The position numbers and the translations under genes were made by a program. Positions 1-8,382 of a DNA stretch of 64,000 nucleotides are shown piece by piece. Source of the stretch: Phycisphaerales bacterium (GTDB taxonomy: Bacteria; Planctomycetota; Phycisphaerae; Phycisphaerales; UBA1924); contig JBOHNL010000004.1 of NCBI GenBank assembly GCA_050730655.1, positions 109,703 through 173,702 on the forward strand, read 5' to 3'. The notes under the pieces are model-generated. The model worked only from the letters and a program-made list of their open reading frames with translations, did no database searches and was not told where the DNA came from. Within the stretch, counting starts at the first letter, position 1; every line of letters begins with the position of its first letter.

Positions 1-515
1 CCGCGGAAGGCGTGCCAGCGTTCGCGTTGAGCTTCGCCGTGTGGGTCAAGGCTGGAGAGCCCTTCGCCTTCCGGAGCGTTCAGGGCCCGACGCAGCGCCT
101 GACCAATGTACTTGCCTCCGTTGGTCGATCCCTCGGCAACATACGTGAATCCGATCAGTCCGAGGGCATCGGACGACTCAATTTCACCCACGATTCGCTG
201 CGTGGATGCCAAGGGACGCACGCCGCTCGGCTCGATCCCGAAATGCTTGAGATCGGCCTCGAACAGCTGCGGATAAACGTGGTAGGGACGAAGCAACGAC
301 GCAACCCGCGGATCGGTTCCAGCTTTCAAAAGCGCTCCGGTGAGGGCCTTGTGAGCGAGGTAGTACTGGCCCATCTGTGCGGCGTAGCCGCCCGTTCCAA
401 GCATGCCGCGAAGCACGCGGCCTTGGAACTCGTGGCGCTCAGCCGCAGTGTGCGCGGCCTGAGTCTGCGTCTTGAGGGTGTCGGCCAGGCTGAGAGTCGG
501 GGCGGTGGTCGTCAT
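1..515 (-). CDS. heme oxygenase-like protein, N-terminal ~171 aa (gene runs off the left edge)
   Basis: Own translation from ATG 515-513 gives MTTTAPTLSLADTLKTQTQAAHTAAERHEFQGRVLRGMLGTGGYAAQMGQYYLAHKAL..., open to position 1. The proximal-His helix pattern (T..AH..AE) and the Y..L.Q.Y pattern fit the HO-1/HmuO/BphO family. It is absent from the ORF track because there is no in-window stop. Confidence 0.5.
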   Translation of the reverse strand, partial: MTTTAPTLSLADTLKTQTQAAHTAAERHEFQGRVLRGMLGTGGYAAQMGQYYLAHKALTGALLKAGTDPRVASLLRPYHVYPQLFEADLKHFGIEPSGVRPLASTQRIVGEIESSDALGLIGFTYVAEGSTNGGKYIGQALRRALNAPEGEGLSSLDPHGEAQRERWHAFR

Positions 516-598
516 GGCAGTTCCATTTGAGAATTAGTCTCAACCACAATAGCCCGGGCGATGCCCGAGTCGAGCTGAGGCTGCCTGGCCCCGCAAGC

Positions 599-1978
599 TC
601 AATTCGCGGGGAGGCGCGTCCGGGCTTGCTGGATTGCCGTAGCAACCGACTTCGGGCCGGTGCCACCGGCGATTTCGCGGCGGGCGAGGCCGGTTTCGAG
701 CTCGAGCGATTTGAACACACCAGCGTCGATGCGTTTGTCGATTGACTGAAGTTCGGCGAGAGGAAGATCCTCGAGCCGCCTGGATTTCTCGATTGCGTGC
801 CGAACCAATTTGCCCACGATGTCGTGTGCATCGCGGAACGGAATGCCTTTGGCAACGAGGTAGTCGGCGAGTTCGGTCGCGTTCGCGTAGCCATCGAGTG
901 CCGAGTTGCGGGCGCGGTCTTCGCGGACATTGAGCGTGTCGAGCACGCGGACGAGGACGCGCAGACACATCGAGAGCTGCTGCATGGAGTCGATCAGCGG
1001 CTCCTTGTCTTCCTGCAGATCTTTGTTATACGCGAGGGGAAGTCCCTTGACGGTCATCGCGAGTGTTGTGAACGCGCCGAAGATGCGGCCCGCTTTGCCG
1101 CGGATGAGTTCGCAGGCGTCAGGGTTTTTCTTCTGCGGCATGAGCGACGAGCCGCTGGAAACCGAGTCGTGCATCTCGACGATGGCGAACTCCTGCGACG
1201 CGAAAAGGATGAGGTCTTCCGCGAGACGCGACAGGTGAATCGCGGCGATGGAGCTTGCGGAGAGGGTTTCAAGCACGAAATCGCGGTCGCTTGTTGCGTC
1301 GAGACTGTTGCGCGTTGGGCTTTCGAAACCGAGGTCTTTCGCGATCTGCTCGCGATCGACCTGATACGTCGTGCCGGCAAGTGCGCCGGATCCAAGCGGC
1401 GAGACGTTCACGCGCTTGCGCGCATCGCTCAATCGCGCGGCATCGCGCTCGAGCATTTCCTGATACGCGAGCGCCCAGTGCGCGAACAGGATCGGCTGGG
1501 CCCGCTGCATGTGCGTGTAACCCGAGGTCACGATCGTCTTCGTTCGCTCCGCGAGGTCGATGAGGGCACGCCGCGCTTCTTTGAGCTCAGACAAACGTGC
1601 ATCGATCTGCGCGCGGACGTAGAGGCGAAAGTCGGTGGCGACCTGATCGTTCCGGCTGCGTCCGGTGTGGAGTTTTTTGCCCAGATCCCCCACCGCCTCG
1701 ATCAGGCGGCGCTCAACCCAAGAGTGGATGTCTTCGTCGTTGTCCGCGAGCGGCCGGGTCGGTGAATCTGAAATTTCAGATTTGAGATTTGAGAGGGCCG
1801 TCGTAAGCCGGGCGAGTTCGTCAGCGTTCAAGACCCCAGCGCGATGAATCGCTTTTGCCCATGCGATCGACCCCTCGATGTCCTGCAATCCGAGCGCGGC
1901 ATCCACCGGCAGCGAGTCATTGAACTGCTTGAAGAGTTCGTCGGGTTTGGTTTCGAACCGTCCGCCCCAGAGAGCCAT
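599..1978 (-). CDS. argH: argininosuccinate lyase
   Basis: ORF 599..1999. The conserved N-terminus MALWGGRF favours the ATG at 1978. Fumarate-lyase signature GSSLMPQKKNPD is present. Confidence 0.95.
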   Translation of the reverse strand: MALWGGRFETKPDELFKQFNDSLPVDAALGLQDIEGSIAWAKAIHRAGVLNADELARLTTALSNLKSEISDSPTRPLADNDEDIHSWVERRLIEAVGDLGKKLHTGRSRNDQVATDFRLYVRAQIDARLSELKEARRALIDLAERTKTIVTSGYTHMQRAQPILFAHWALAYQEMLERDAARLSDARKRVNVSPLGSGALAGTTYQVDREQIAKDLGFESPTRNSLDATSDRDFVLETLSASSIAAIHLSRLAEDLILFASQEFAIVEMHDSVSSGSSLMPQKKNPDACELIRGKAGRIFGAFTTLAMTVKGLPLAYNKDLQEDKEPLIDSMQQLSMCLRVLVRVLDTLNVREDRARNSALDGYANATELADYLVAKGIPFRDAHDIVGKLVRHAIEKSRRLEDLPLAELQSIDKRIDAGVFKSLELETGLARREIAGGTGPKSVATAIQQARTRLPAN

Positions 1979-2106
1979 GCAAATCCCTTTGAAAGACATT
2001 TACCACGGAGACACAGAGGCACAGAGAAGAGGAAGTCGAAAACAGAGAGCAAGGCTAGGAATGGATTGCCGGAGCCGAACGCCCCGAGACGAATGCAACC
2101 GACAAA

Positions 2107-2610
2107 ACGACGACACCCCGGAGACTTTGGCTTGAGCCAACGCGTCCGGGGTGTCGTTTGGAGGAGAGAGAGGTTCGTTTGGAATCGGCGTCAGACCTGT
2201 TTGAGGCGTGCCGCCTGGTGGAGAGGAGAGAGAATTCGGTTTTCAATTCGGCGTCAGGCCAGTTGTGGCAGGGCGCCAAGGAGGAGAGGAGAGAGTTCGG
2301 AGTAATCGGCGTCAGACCCGTGCGAGGCGTGGCGCCTGGAGGAGAGAGGAGAGAGAATTCGGCGTCAGGCTCTGTGAAGCTCGGCGCCAAAGTGTTGGAG
2401 AGGAGAGAGTTTCGTGATTCGGTTTTCAGCGGCGGTCGTTCGTGTCCCGCCAAGAGAGTTGTCGGCGCAGCCGCGAACCTTGCAGCTCTGAATGAGATTT
2501 TGAAATGAATCGCGCCCCTGGCGGAATGCACTGCCCCAAAAACCACGACACCTCGGAGACTTTGGCTTGGGCCAACGCGTCCGGGGTGTCGTTTGGAGAG
2601 GAGAGAGGTC
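2107..2610. repeat. array of five ~59-nt units (polypurine GGAGAGGAGAGAG tract plus GC hairpin) bracketed by two copies of a 53-nt hairpin element; candidate ncRNA
   Basis: GA blocks lie at 2160-2173, 2219-2234, 2280-2295, 2338-2357 and 2397-2409, with a sixth at 2595-2608. GGCGTCA...GGCGCC hairpins lie at 2187-2215, 2250-2277, 2308-2336 and 2361-2388. The hairpin element at 2110-2162 matches 2545-2597 at 51/53 positions. The period of 58-61 nt is not a multiple of 3. Confidence 0.85.
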
Positions 2611-2663
2611 TGAGACGAACTGATCTAGGAGTCTTTCCGCTGACACCATTCCATACGAGCGAT

Positions 2664-2689
2664 GCCGCGGAGAGGTTCGCGGTTTTTTG
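2664..2689 (+). terminator. intrinsic terminator candidate on the plus strand, facing the lipoprotein gene
   Basis: GCCGCG-gagaggtt-CGCGGT stem followed by a run of six T. Confidence 0.5.
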
Positions 2690-2751
2690 TGCCATTCCCA
2701 CTGCCGCAGGGGCCCTTTCCTCGGCGGTTCGCACTTTGGCAGTACGGCGAT

Positions 2752-3492
2752 TCAGGGCGACTTGGAAACGATTTCCATCCTGCCATCCTTCACCAGCCCG
2801 ATGCCCGGAGCGTAAATCTTGCTCCCGCTTCCTTGCTCAAGAGGAGTCGTTTCGAACAATTTCACAGCGTTGTTGAACTTACCGACCGGTGTCAGGATCT
2901 GTTGCGAGACGCCGACCACTTCGCATCGGTCCATCGCGATGCCGGGAGCACGTTCCTGATAGAACCGGTCGCCCAGGCTCAGGACACCCGGCATCATCAG
3001 CCCGAAGCGCGCGCCGTTTTCTCCCGACTTCCACGCGCCGACATGGCCGACCCCTTGGCCGTTTCGATACAGGTCGACTTCCTCTCCGAAATAGTAAACA
3101 TCGCCCGACTCAGGATCGCAGGCAAAGAAGTTGCGAGAAACCTCCTTCACACCCCCTGAGTTCTCCTCCCTTTCTTCAACAACTCGTGTGACGACTCCGT
3201 CGACGGTTCGCGTCTCTTCCAGGACGGTGATGGTGAGTGATTCATCCCCGTCGCGAAAGGTGCTGACCGTACCGGGTTGTAACGGAAAGAACAGATTGGA
3301 GCCTGTCGACTGCAGCTTGGACTTATCGATCATGAACGCCGACCGGTATGGATCCAAGTCGGGCTTGAACAAACCAGGCTCGTCCGCGTCATACGGCTTG
3401 TACCCGCGATTGCAGGCCACAAGGACGGCAAGGCAGACGATCAGACTGACGAATCGGCGCGTGGAATCCACTCGCATGCGAGCCCCCTTCAA
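2752..3492 (-). CDS. hypothetical lipoprotein
   Basis: 246-aa ORF with signal peptide and lipobox (FVSLIVCLAVLVAC-N). No family recognised. Confidence 0.6.
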   Translation of the reverse strand: MKGARMRVDSTRRFVSLIVCLAVLVACNRGYKPYDADEPGLFKPDLDPYRSAFMIDKSKLQSTGSNLFFPLQPGTVSTFRDGDESLTITVLEETRTVDGVVTRVVEEREENSGGVKEVSRNFFACDPESGDVYYFGEEVDLYRNGQGVGHVGAWKSGENGARFGLMMPGVLSLGDRFYQERAPGIAMDRCEVVGVSQQILTPVGKFNNAVKLFETTPLEQGSGSKIYAPGIGLVKDGRMEIVSKSP

Positions 3493-3511
3493 TCCTGAAT
3501 GTTGCCGTCGC

Positions 3512-4726
3512 TTACTGCACCTTGCCGGTTTCTTTCAAAGCGCGGATCCGTTCCGGCAGGCTCAGCAGCTTGATGAAGCCGCCGGCATCCTTGTGTTCGT
3601 AGATCTCGCCCTTTTCAAAGGTCACAACCTTCTCGGAATAGAGCGAGTTCGGGCTCTTGCGGCGGATGGCCGTCGCGACGCCTTTATACAGCCGCACCAC
3701 GATGTCGCCAGTCAGACGCTCGCTCGATTTCTGGATGCCCGCCCACAGCGTCTCGCGGTACGGGGTGAACCAACGGCCGTTGTAGACAGCTTCTGAGAAC
3801 CAGAGAGCGAGGTGTTCTTTGAAGTGGCGGGTTTCGCGATCCTGCACGAGTTCTTCTAGGCCCTTGATGGCTTCGACGAGGATCGTGCCACCCGGTGTCT
3901 CGTAGATGCCGCGGGACTTCATGCCGACGAGGCGATTTTCGACGAGGTCAACGCGGCCGACGCCGTGGACGCCGCCGATTCCGTTGAGCTTCTCGACGAT
4001 CTGCCACGCCAACATCTTCTGACCGTTCAGCGCGACTGGGCGCCCAGCCTCGAATGAGATGGTGACTTCCTCGGCCTTGTCGGGGGCGTTCTCCGGTGAC
4101 GCCGTCAGCATGTAGCAATCTTCGGGCGGGGCATTCCACGGATCTTCGATGCTGCCGCCCTCGTGGGAGATGTGCCAGAGGTTGCGGTCCCGCGAGTAGA
4201 TCTTGGTGGCGCTCGCGGTGGTCGGAATGTTGCGGGCCTTCAGGTAATCGAGCATGGCGAGACGACCGGTGAGGTTCCAGTTGTCCATGCGCCACGGGGC
4301 GATGATCTCCATCTCCGGCGCGAGCGCGGCATACGCCGACTCAAACCGAACCTGATCGTTGCCCTTGCCGGTGCAACCGTGCGCAAGCGCCGTGCAACCG
4401 AACTTGCGAGCGGCCTCGACCTGCGCCTTGGCGAGGATCGGACGCGCCATCGCGGTGCCGAGCAGATAGCGGCCTTCGTAGAGCGAACCCGCCATCACGC
4501 AGGGCATGACGAAGTCGTCGATGAACTCTTTCTTGAGATCGACAACGACGCAGTCTTTCGCGCCGGAGTCTTTGGCTTTTTTCTCGACACCGACGAGCTC
4601 GTCGGAGCCTTGACCGACGTCGCCGACGACGCCGTAGACCTCGCAGTCCATGTTTTCTTTGAGCCAGGGGATGATGACGGACGTATCGAGGCCGCCGGAG
4701 TAGGCGATAGCAATCTTCTTGGGCAT
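3512..4726 (-). CDS. argG: argininosuccinate synthase
   Basis: ORF 3512..4762. MPKKIAIAYSGGLDTSV (ATP-PPase motif) sets the start at 4726. Confidence 0.95.
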   Translation of the reverse strand: MPKKIAIAYSGGLDTSVIIPWLKENMDCEVYGVVGDVGQGSDELVGVEKKAKDSGAKDCVVVDLKKEFIDDFVMPCVMAGSLYEGRYLLGTAMARPILAKAQVEAARKFGCTALAHGCTGKGNDQVRFESAYAALAPEMEIIAPWRMDNWNLTGRLAMLDYLKARNIPTTASATKIYSRDRNLWHISHEGGSIEDPWNAPPEDCYMLTASPENAPDKAEEVTISFEAGRPVALNGQKMLAWQIVEKLNGIGGVHGVGRVDLVENRLVGMKSRGIYETPGGTILVEAIKGLEELVQDRETRHFKEHLALWFSEAVYNGRWFTPYRETLWAGIQKSSERLTGDIVVRLYKGVATAIRRKSPNSLYSEKVVTFEKGEIYEHKDAGGFIKLLSLPERIRALKETGKVQ

Positions 4727-4797
4727 GGACAATCTCTCGTGTGCTCGCGACCGGAATTTCACGGTGCGGCGGGTGCGAACCTGGAAACCGATAAAGA

Positions 4798-5766
4798 TTA
4801 GTCGCGGAGCATGTGGAAAAGCAGTGCCATCTGCGCGTGCATGCGGTTTTCTGCCTGGTCGAAGACGATCGAGGCGGGCGAATCGATGACCTCATCCGTC
4901 ACTTCGCTGCCGCGATGGGCGGGGAGGCAGTGCATAAAGAGCGACGGGGTTTTTGCACCCGCTCCGGCCTTTTGCATCAGGGAGGCATTCACCTGAAATG
5001 GCTTAAAGAGCTTGCGGATGCGATCGGTCTCGCTTCCCTGACCCATCGAAACCCAGACGTCGGTGTAAACAGCGTCGTGACCGGCGATGTCGGCGAGATC
5101 GTGCGAGACTTTGAGCTGCGCGCCCGACTTGGCGGCCAGCGCCTTGCACTCTTCCAAAACCGAAGCGCTCGGATCGCGTCCGGCCGGAGTGAGCGCCGTG
5201 ACGTGCGTACCGAGAATCGCGCCGAGCTCCATGAGCGAGTGGCAGACGTTGTTTCCGTCCCCTACGTACGCGAGGCGCAGACCCTTGAGCTCGGTGCGTT
5301 TTTCCTGAAGAGTCATGAAGTCGGCCAACGCCTGACACGGATGGAAAATGTCGCTGAGCGCGTTCACAACGGGAACCTTGCTCGCGTCCGACATCTGCTC
5401 GAGCACGGTCTGTTTGTAGACGCGCGCGACGATCGCGTGAACCCAGCGTTCCAGGTTGTGCCCGTAGTCGGCCACGGTTTCGCGTTCACCAAGCCGCGTT
5501 TCGGAATGGTCGAGATACACGGCCTGCGCGCCGAGACGATGAATACCGACTTCAAAGCTCACGCGGGTACGGAGCGAGGGTTTCTCGAAGAGCATCGCGA
5601 TCGAGCGGCCCTTGAGCGACTCGGAAAACTCGGACGGATTCTTTTTCATCGCCCGAGCGGTCTTGAAGAGCGCGAGGACGTCTTCGCGTGTCAGGTGCGA
5701 GAGGCGAAGAACATCGTGCTGGCGAAGATTGGGAATCGAGACGCCAGTAGAAGCGTTTCCGGCCAT
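4798..5766 (-). CDS. argF: ornithine carbamoyltransferase
   Basis: ORF 4798..5802. Motifs SLRTRVSFE (carbamoyl-phosphate binding) and HCLPAHRG are present. Start at 5766 (MAGNAS) or 5802. Confidence 0.92.
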   Translation of the reverse strand: MAGNASTGVSIPNLRQHDVLRLSHLTREDVLALFKTARAMKKNPSEFSESLKGRSIAMLFEKPSLRTRVSFEVGIHRLGAQAVYLDHSETRLGERETVADYGHNLERWVHAIVARVYKQTVLEQMSDASKVPVVNALSDIFHPCQALADFMTLQEKRTELKGLRLAYVGDGNNVCHSLMELGAILGTHVTALTPAGRDPSASVLEECKALAAKSGAQLKVSHDLADIAGHDAVYTDVWVSMGQGSETDRIRKLFKPFQVNASLMQKAGAGAKTPSLFMHCLPAHRGSEVTDEVIDSPASIVFDQAENRMHAQMALLFHMLRD

Positions 5767-5818
5767 TTTCTGTGTGAATCTCCAAAGGGCGAATTGGGAC
5801 AATATGCAGGATTCGAGA

Positions 5819-5963
5819 GAACGCGGAGTGCGCGGAGGTTGCGGCGTGGCGCAGAGAAAATCGGGAACGGAGCGAGACCCAATTCAGCTCACGACGAACG
5901 GCAGCGTTTACCTGTTTTCCTGCCTCTCCGCGAACCTCCGCAACCTCCGCGCACTCCGCGTTC
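5819..5963. repeat. perfect 26-bp inverted repeat with 93-nt spacer in the argB-argF junction
   Basis: GAACGCGGAGTGCGCGGAGGTTGCGG at 5819-5844 is exactly reverse-complemented at 5938-5963. Positions were verified against the frame of ORF 5612..6067. Confidence 0.9.
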
Positions 5964-6009
5964 GCTCCATTTCACTCGCCAACTGCGAAGGAGGGTGTGT
6001 CGCACAGTG

Positions 6010-6852
6010 TCAGGCCGCAGAAATTCGCGTGCCTACTTGCTCGCCTTTCGTCCAGCGGAGCAGGTGATCCGGGCGATCGCCGGAAAGGATGACAACCGGC
6101 GAACCGGTTTCTGTGGCGACCTTTGCCGCGGCACGCGTCTTGGGGATCATCCCGCCGTAGATGTCGCCCGAAGCGATCAGCCGTTCAATCTCCGACGGCG
6201 TCGCGTGCGCAATAAACGTGCCCGACTTGTCCTTGATGCCCTCGACATCCGTAAGCAGCACGAGCGCCGAAGCCTTCAGTCCCCTAGCGAGTCCCGCAGC
6301 GGCATCGTCGGCATTGAGGTTCAGAGGCTGTCCACCTTCATCGAGCCCGATCGAGCAGAGAACCGGGATGTATCCGCTGGCGATCAGAGTGCGAGCGAGT
6401 TCGGCTTGTCCGCAGACAACTTCACCCACGCGACCCAGATCCGCCGGACCGGCATCGGTTGCGATCGGAGCGACCTTACGACATGCGAGCATCCCGCCGT
6501 CGCCTAAACACAGGCCAACGCCCTTGCCCCCAGCGCGCTGAATGCACCCGACGAGCGACTTGTTCACGCTGCCCGCAAGCACCCCGACAATCTCCGGAAT
6601 CTGATCTTCCGGCGTGACGCGAAGCCCCTGCATCCGCGCCGGCTTAATACCGAGCCGATCCAACAGCCGATCGACGGCCTTGCCCCCACCGTGAACGAGA
6701 ATCAGCCCGCCGGCGTGAGACTTCGAGAGCGCCACCAGCGAACGCCAAAGGTCGTCTTGCGTTGATTGGTGTTCGAGTGTCGTGCCGCCGACTTTGACGA
6801 TGAGCGGACCTTGGCCGCCCCCAGTTCCATGACCGTCGCCCGCCGCGTTCAC
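6010..6852 (-). CDS. argB: acetylglutamate kinase
   Basis: Motifs LIVKVGGTT and LILVHGGG of the amino-acid kinase family. The start overlaps the argC stop. Confidence 0.92.
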   Translation of the reverse strand: MNAAGDGHGTGGGQGPLIVKVGGTTLEHQSTQDDLWRSLVALSKSHAGGLILVHGGGKAVDRLLDRLGIKPARMQGLRVTPEDQIPEIVGVLAGSVNKSLVGCIQRAGGKGVGLCLGDGGMLACRKVAPIATDAGPADLGRVGEVVCGQAELARTLIASGYIPVLCSIGLDEGGQPLNLNADDAAAGLARGLKASALVLLTDVEGIKDKSGTFIAHATPSEIERLIASGDIYGGMIPKTRAAAKVATETGSPVVILSGDRPDHLLRWTKGEQVGTRISAA

Positions 6853-7910
6853 GAACGAACTCCCGCGCCGTGCTTTGGGTGCAGCCCCGTCGTCTCGCTA
6901 AGCCCAAGCCGAATATTCATGCACTGCACAGCTTGGCCCGACGCGCCCTTCACAAGATTGTCGATCGCGCTCACAACGATCAGATGATCGTGCTCGGCAT
7001 CAAGCGCCCATCCGATATCGCAGAAATTCGTCTGACGCACATCCGCGACCGCCGGATACGCCTTCGGAGGCAGCAACCTCACAAACGGTTCGTTCGCGTA
7101 TGCATCCGCAAACACCCGACCAATCTTCTCGCTCGTCGTTCCGGGCACAAGATCCACATGAATCGTCGAAAGAATCCCACGATCAAACGCCACCAGATGC
7201 GGCGTGAAAAGCGTGGGCGTTCCCACGTACGCATCGATCTCCGGCTGATGCCGATGCGAGAGCACGCCGTAGGGCTGAAGACTCAACTCCGGCAACAGGT
7301 ACTTCGCATTCGCGCCGCGGCCCGCGCCGGTCACGCCCGAAGTCGAGTCCACGATCGGCCTCGTGCCAGCCTTGATCAGCCCCGCACGCTTCAGCGGCGC
7401 AAGTGCGAGAATCGCCGACGTCGGATAGCACCCCGGCACAGCAATCAGATTCGCCTTCGCGATCTGATCGCGATGCAGCTCCGGCAATCCATACACCGCC
7501 GACGCCAGCAGCGCCGCGTTCGAGTGCTCAAACCCGTAGTGCTTTGGATACAGCGCGGCACTCTTCAGCCGAAACGCCGCCGACAGGTCCAACACCACCG
7601 CGCCGGTCTTCAAAAACTCCGAGGCGAGTTCAAGACTCGCCTCGTGCGGCGTCGCCAGAAAAATCGCGCCCGGCTTCAGTGCCGCGACCGCGCCAAGATC
7701 GACCGGCAACACCGGCAGCTCGCACACCCCGCGAAACCGAGTAAACAGCTCGTCAAACTTGCCGGCCTGATCGCCTTTCTCCCGGCGCGCAGAAGCAAAC
7801 AGCCCCACCACTTCCGCGCTCGGATGCTCGGAGAGGATTGAAACAAGTTCCGCGCCCGAGTAACCCCCGGCGCCGACGATCACGACGCGCTTTCGCGCCG
7901 CAGTAGCCAT
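6849..7910 (-). CDS. argC: N-acetyl-gamma-glutamyl-phosphate reductase
   Basis: VVIVGAGGYSGAELV Rossmann motif and catalytic PGCYPTS. Confidence 0.93.
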   Translation of the reverse strand: MATAARKRVVIVGAGGYSGAELVSILSEHPSAEVVGLFASARREKGDQAGKFDELFTRFRGVCELPVLPVDLGAVAALKPGAIFLATPHEASLELASEFLKTGAVVLDLSAAFRLKSAALYPKHYGFEHSNAALLASAVYGLPELHRDQIAKANLIAVPGCYPTSAILALAPLKRAGLIKAGTRPIVDSTSGVTGAGRGANAKYLLPELSLQPYGVLSHRHQPEIDAYVGTPTLFTPHLVAFDRGILSTIHVDLVPGTTSEKIGRVFADAYANEPFVRLLPPKAYPAVADVRQTNFCDIGWALDAEHDHLIVVSAIDNLVKGASGQAVQCMNIRLGLSETTGLHPKHGAGVRS

Positions 7911-7924
7911 CTTTCTTTTCCTTA

Positions 7925-8233
7925 CTACTGAATACGCGGGACCGAACTCTGTGCTTCCGCAACGGCCTGGTCATACCGACGAGTCAGTTCCGCGAGCGTC
8001 GCCGCCAGCCGCTTCGCACCGTTCCAGTTCATCACCACGCGGCTGCCGATCGCAAAGTGAATCGCCTGCTGACCGTCGGGTCCCTGCTGCGGCACATTCA
8101 GCCCGAAGTCGAGCACGACCTCGTCCTGCGTGTTGGTCGTGCGGATCGTGTTGGCGTAGGTCGTGACCATCTTGGTCTCGTCGATACGGATGGCGACCTG
8201 CTGCTGTTGATTCTGATTCGGCGTGCTGGACAT
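7925..8233 (-). CDS. DUF3467 family protein
   Basis: 102 aa. The YANTIRTTNTQDEVVLDFG core is typical of DUF3467. Confidence 0.7.
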   Translation of the reverse strand: MSSTPNQNQQQQVAIRIDETKMVTTYANTIRTTNTQDEVVLDFGLNVPQQGPDGQQAIHFAIGSRVVMNWNGAKRLAATLAELTRRYDQAVAEAQSSVPRIQ

Positions 8234-8289
8234 GGGAGGCTCCTGGCCTGGCGATCGTGCCGCGAGGCTGCTGCTTTTGACTGCTCACC

Positions 8290-8315
8290 GGTTGTGGTAC
8301 AACCATCAATTGATG
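8290..8315. promoter_or_regulatory. two abutting palindromes in a divergent promoter region (possible operator)
   Basis: GGTTGTggtACAACC at 8290-8304 is directly followed by the perfect 12-mer CATCAATTGATG at 8304-8315. The site lies between the DUF3467 gene (-) and ppx (+). Confidence 0.3.
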
Positions 8316-8382
8316 AGGGAACGAGTTTAGTCCGCCCCTCCCAACCGCGCCGGCTAATCACCCGCGCTTTCGAGGTCGCCCG

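Noticed and set aside
2158-2508. ORF 2158..2508 (116 aa, with EERRE/ERRE repeats) and other ORFs across the array as a repeat protein.
   Set aside because: The unit lengths (58-61 nt) are not multiples of 3, so the DNA repeat falls in different frames in successive units. There is no SD. The apparent peptide repeats are a by-product of GA-rich DNA.
2107-2610. Possible CRISPR array, because the repeats are regularly spaced at about 59 nt.
   Set aside because: The repeated cores are short (13-20 nt) and degenerate polypurine tracts. The 'spacers' are themselves related to one another (units 1/3 and 2/4). There are no cas genes. Real CRISPR repeats are 28-37 nt and nearly identical.
5780-5830. 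An ArgR operator (ARG box) upstream of argF.
   Set aside because: No AT-rich 18-bp imperfect palindrome of the TNTGAATWWWWATTCANW type could be found. The only strong symmetry is the GC-rich 26-bp inverted repeat, which is reported separately.
4813-6507. Very long ORFs antisense to confidently identified genes. Examples are 4813..6507(+), 797..1765(+), 6870..7841(+), 10720..12063(-), 20762..21856(-), 21878..22909(-) and 23924..25003(-). Others are 35669..36835(-), 40607..41995(+), 42538..43740(-), 46660..47871(-) and 55058..56227(-).
   Set aside because: These are typical shadow ORFs of high-GC DNA, where stop codons are rare on the antisense strand. Their products are Arg/Ala/Gly/Pro-rich with no recognisable motifs, while the opposite strand encodes textbook proteins (argF/argB, argH, argC, M14, infB, rbfA, kynA, pnp, the aminotransferase and Xer).
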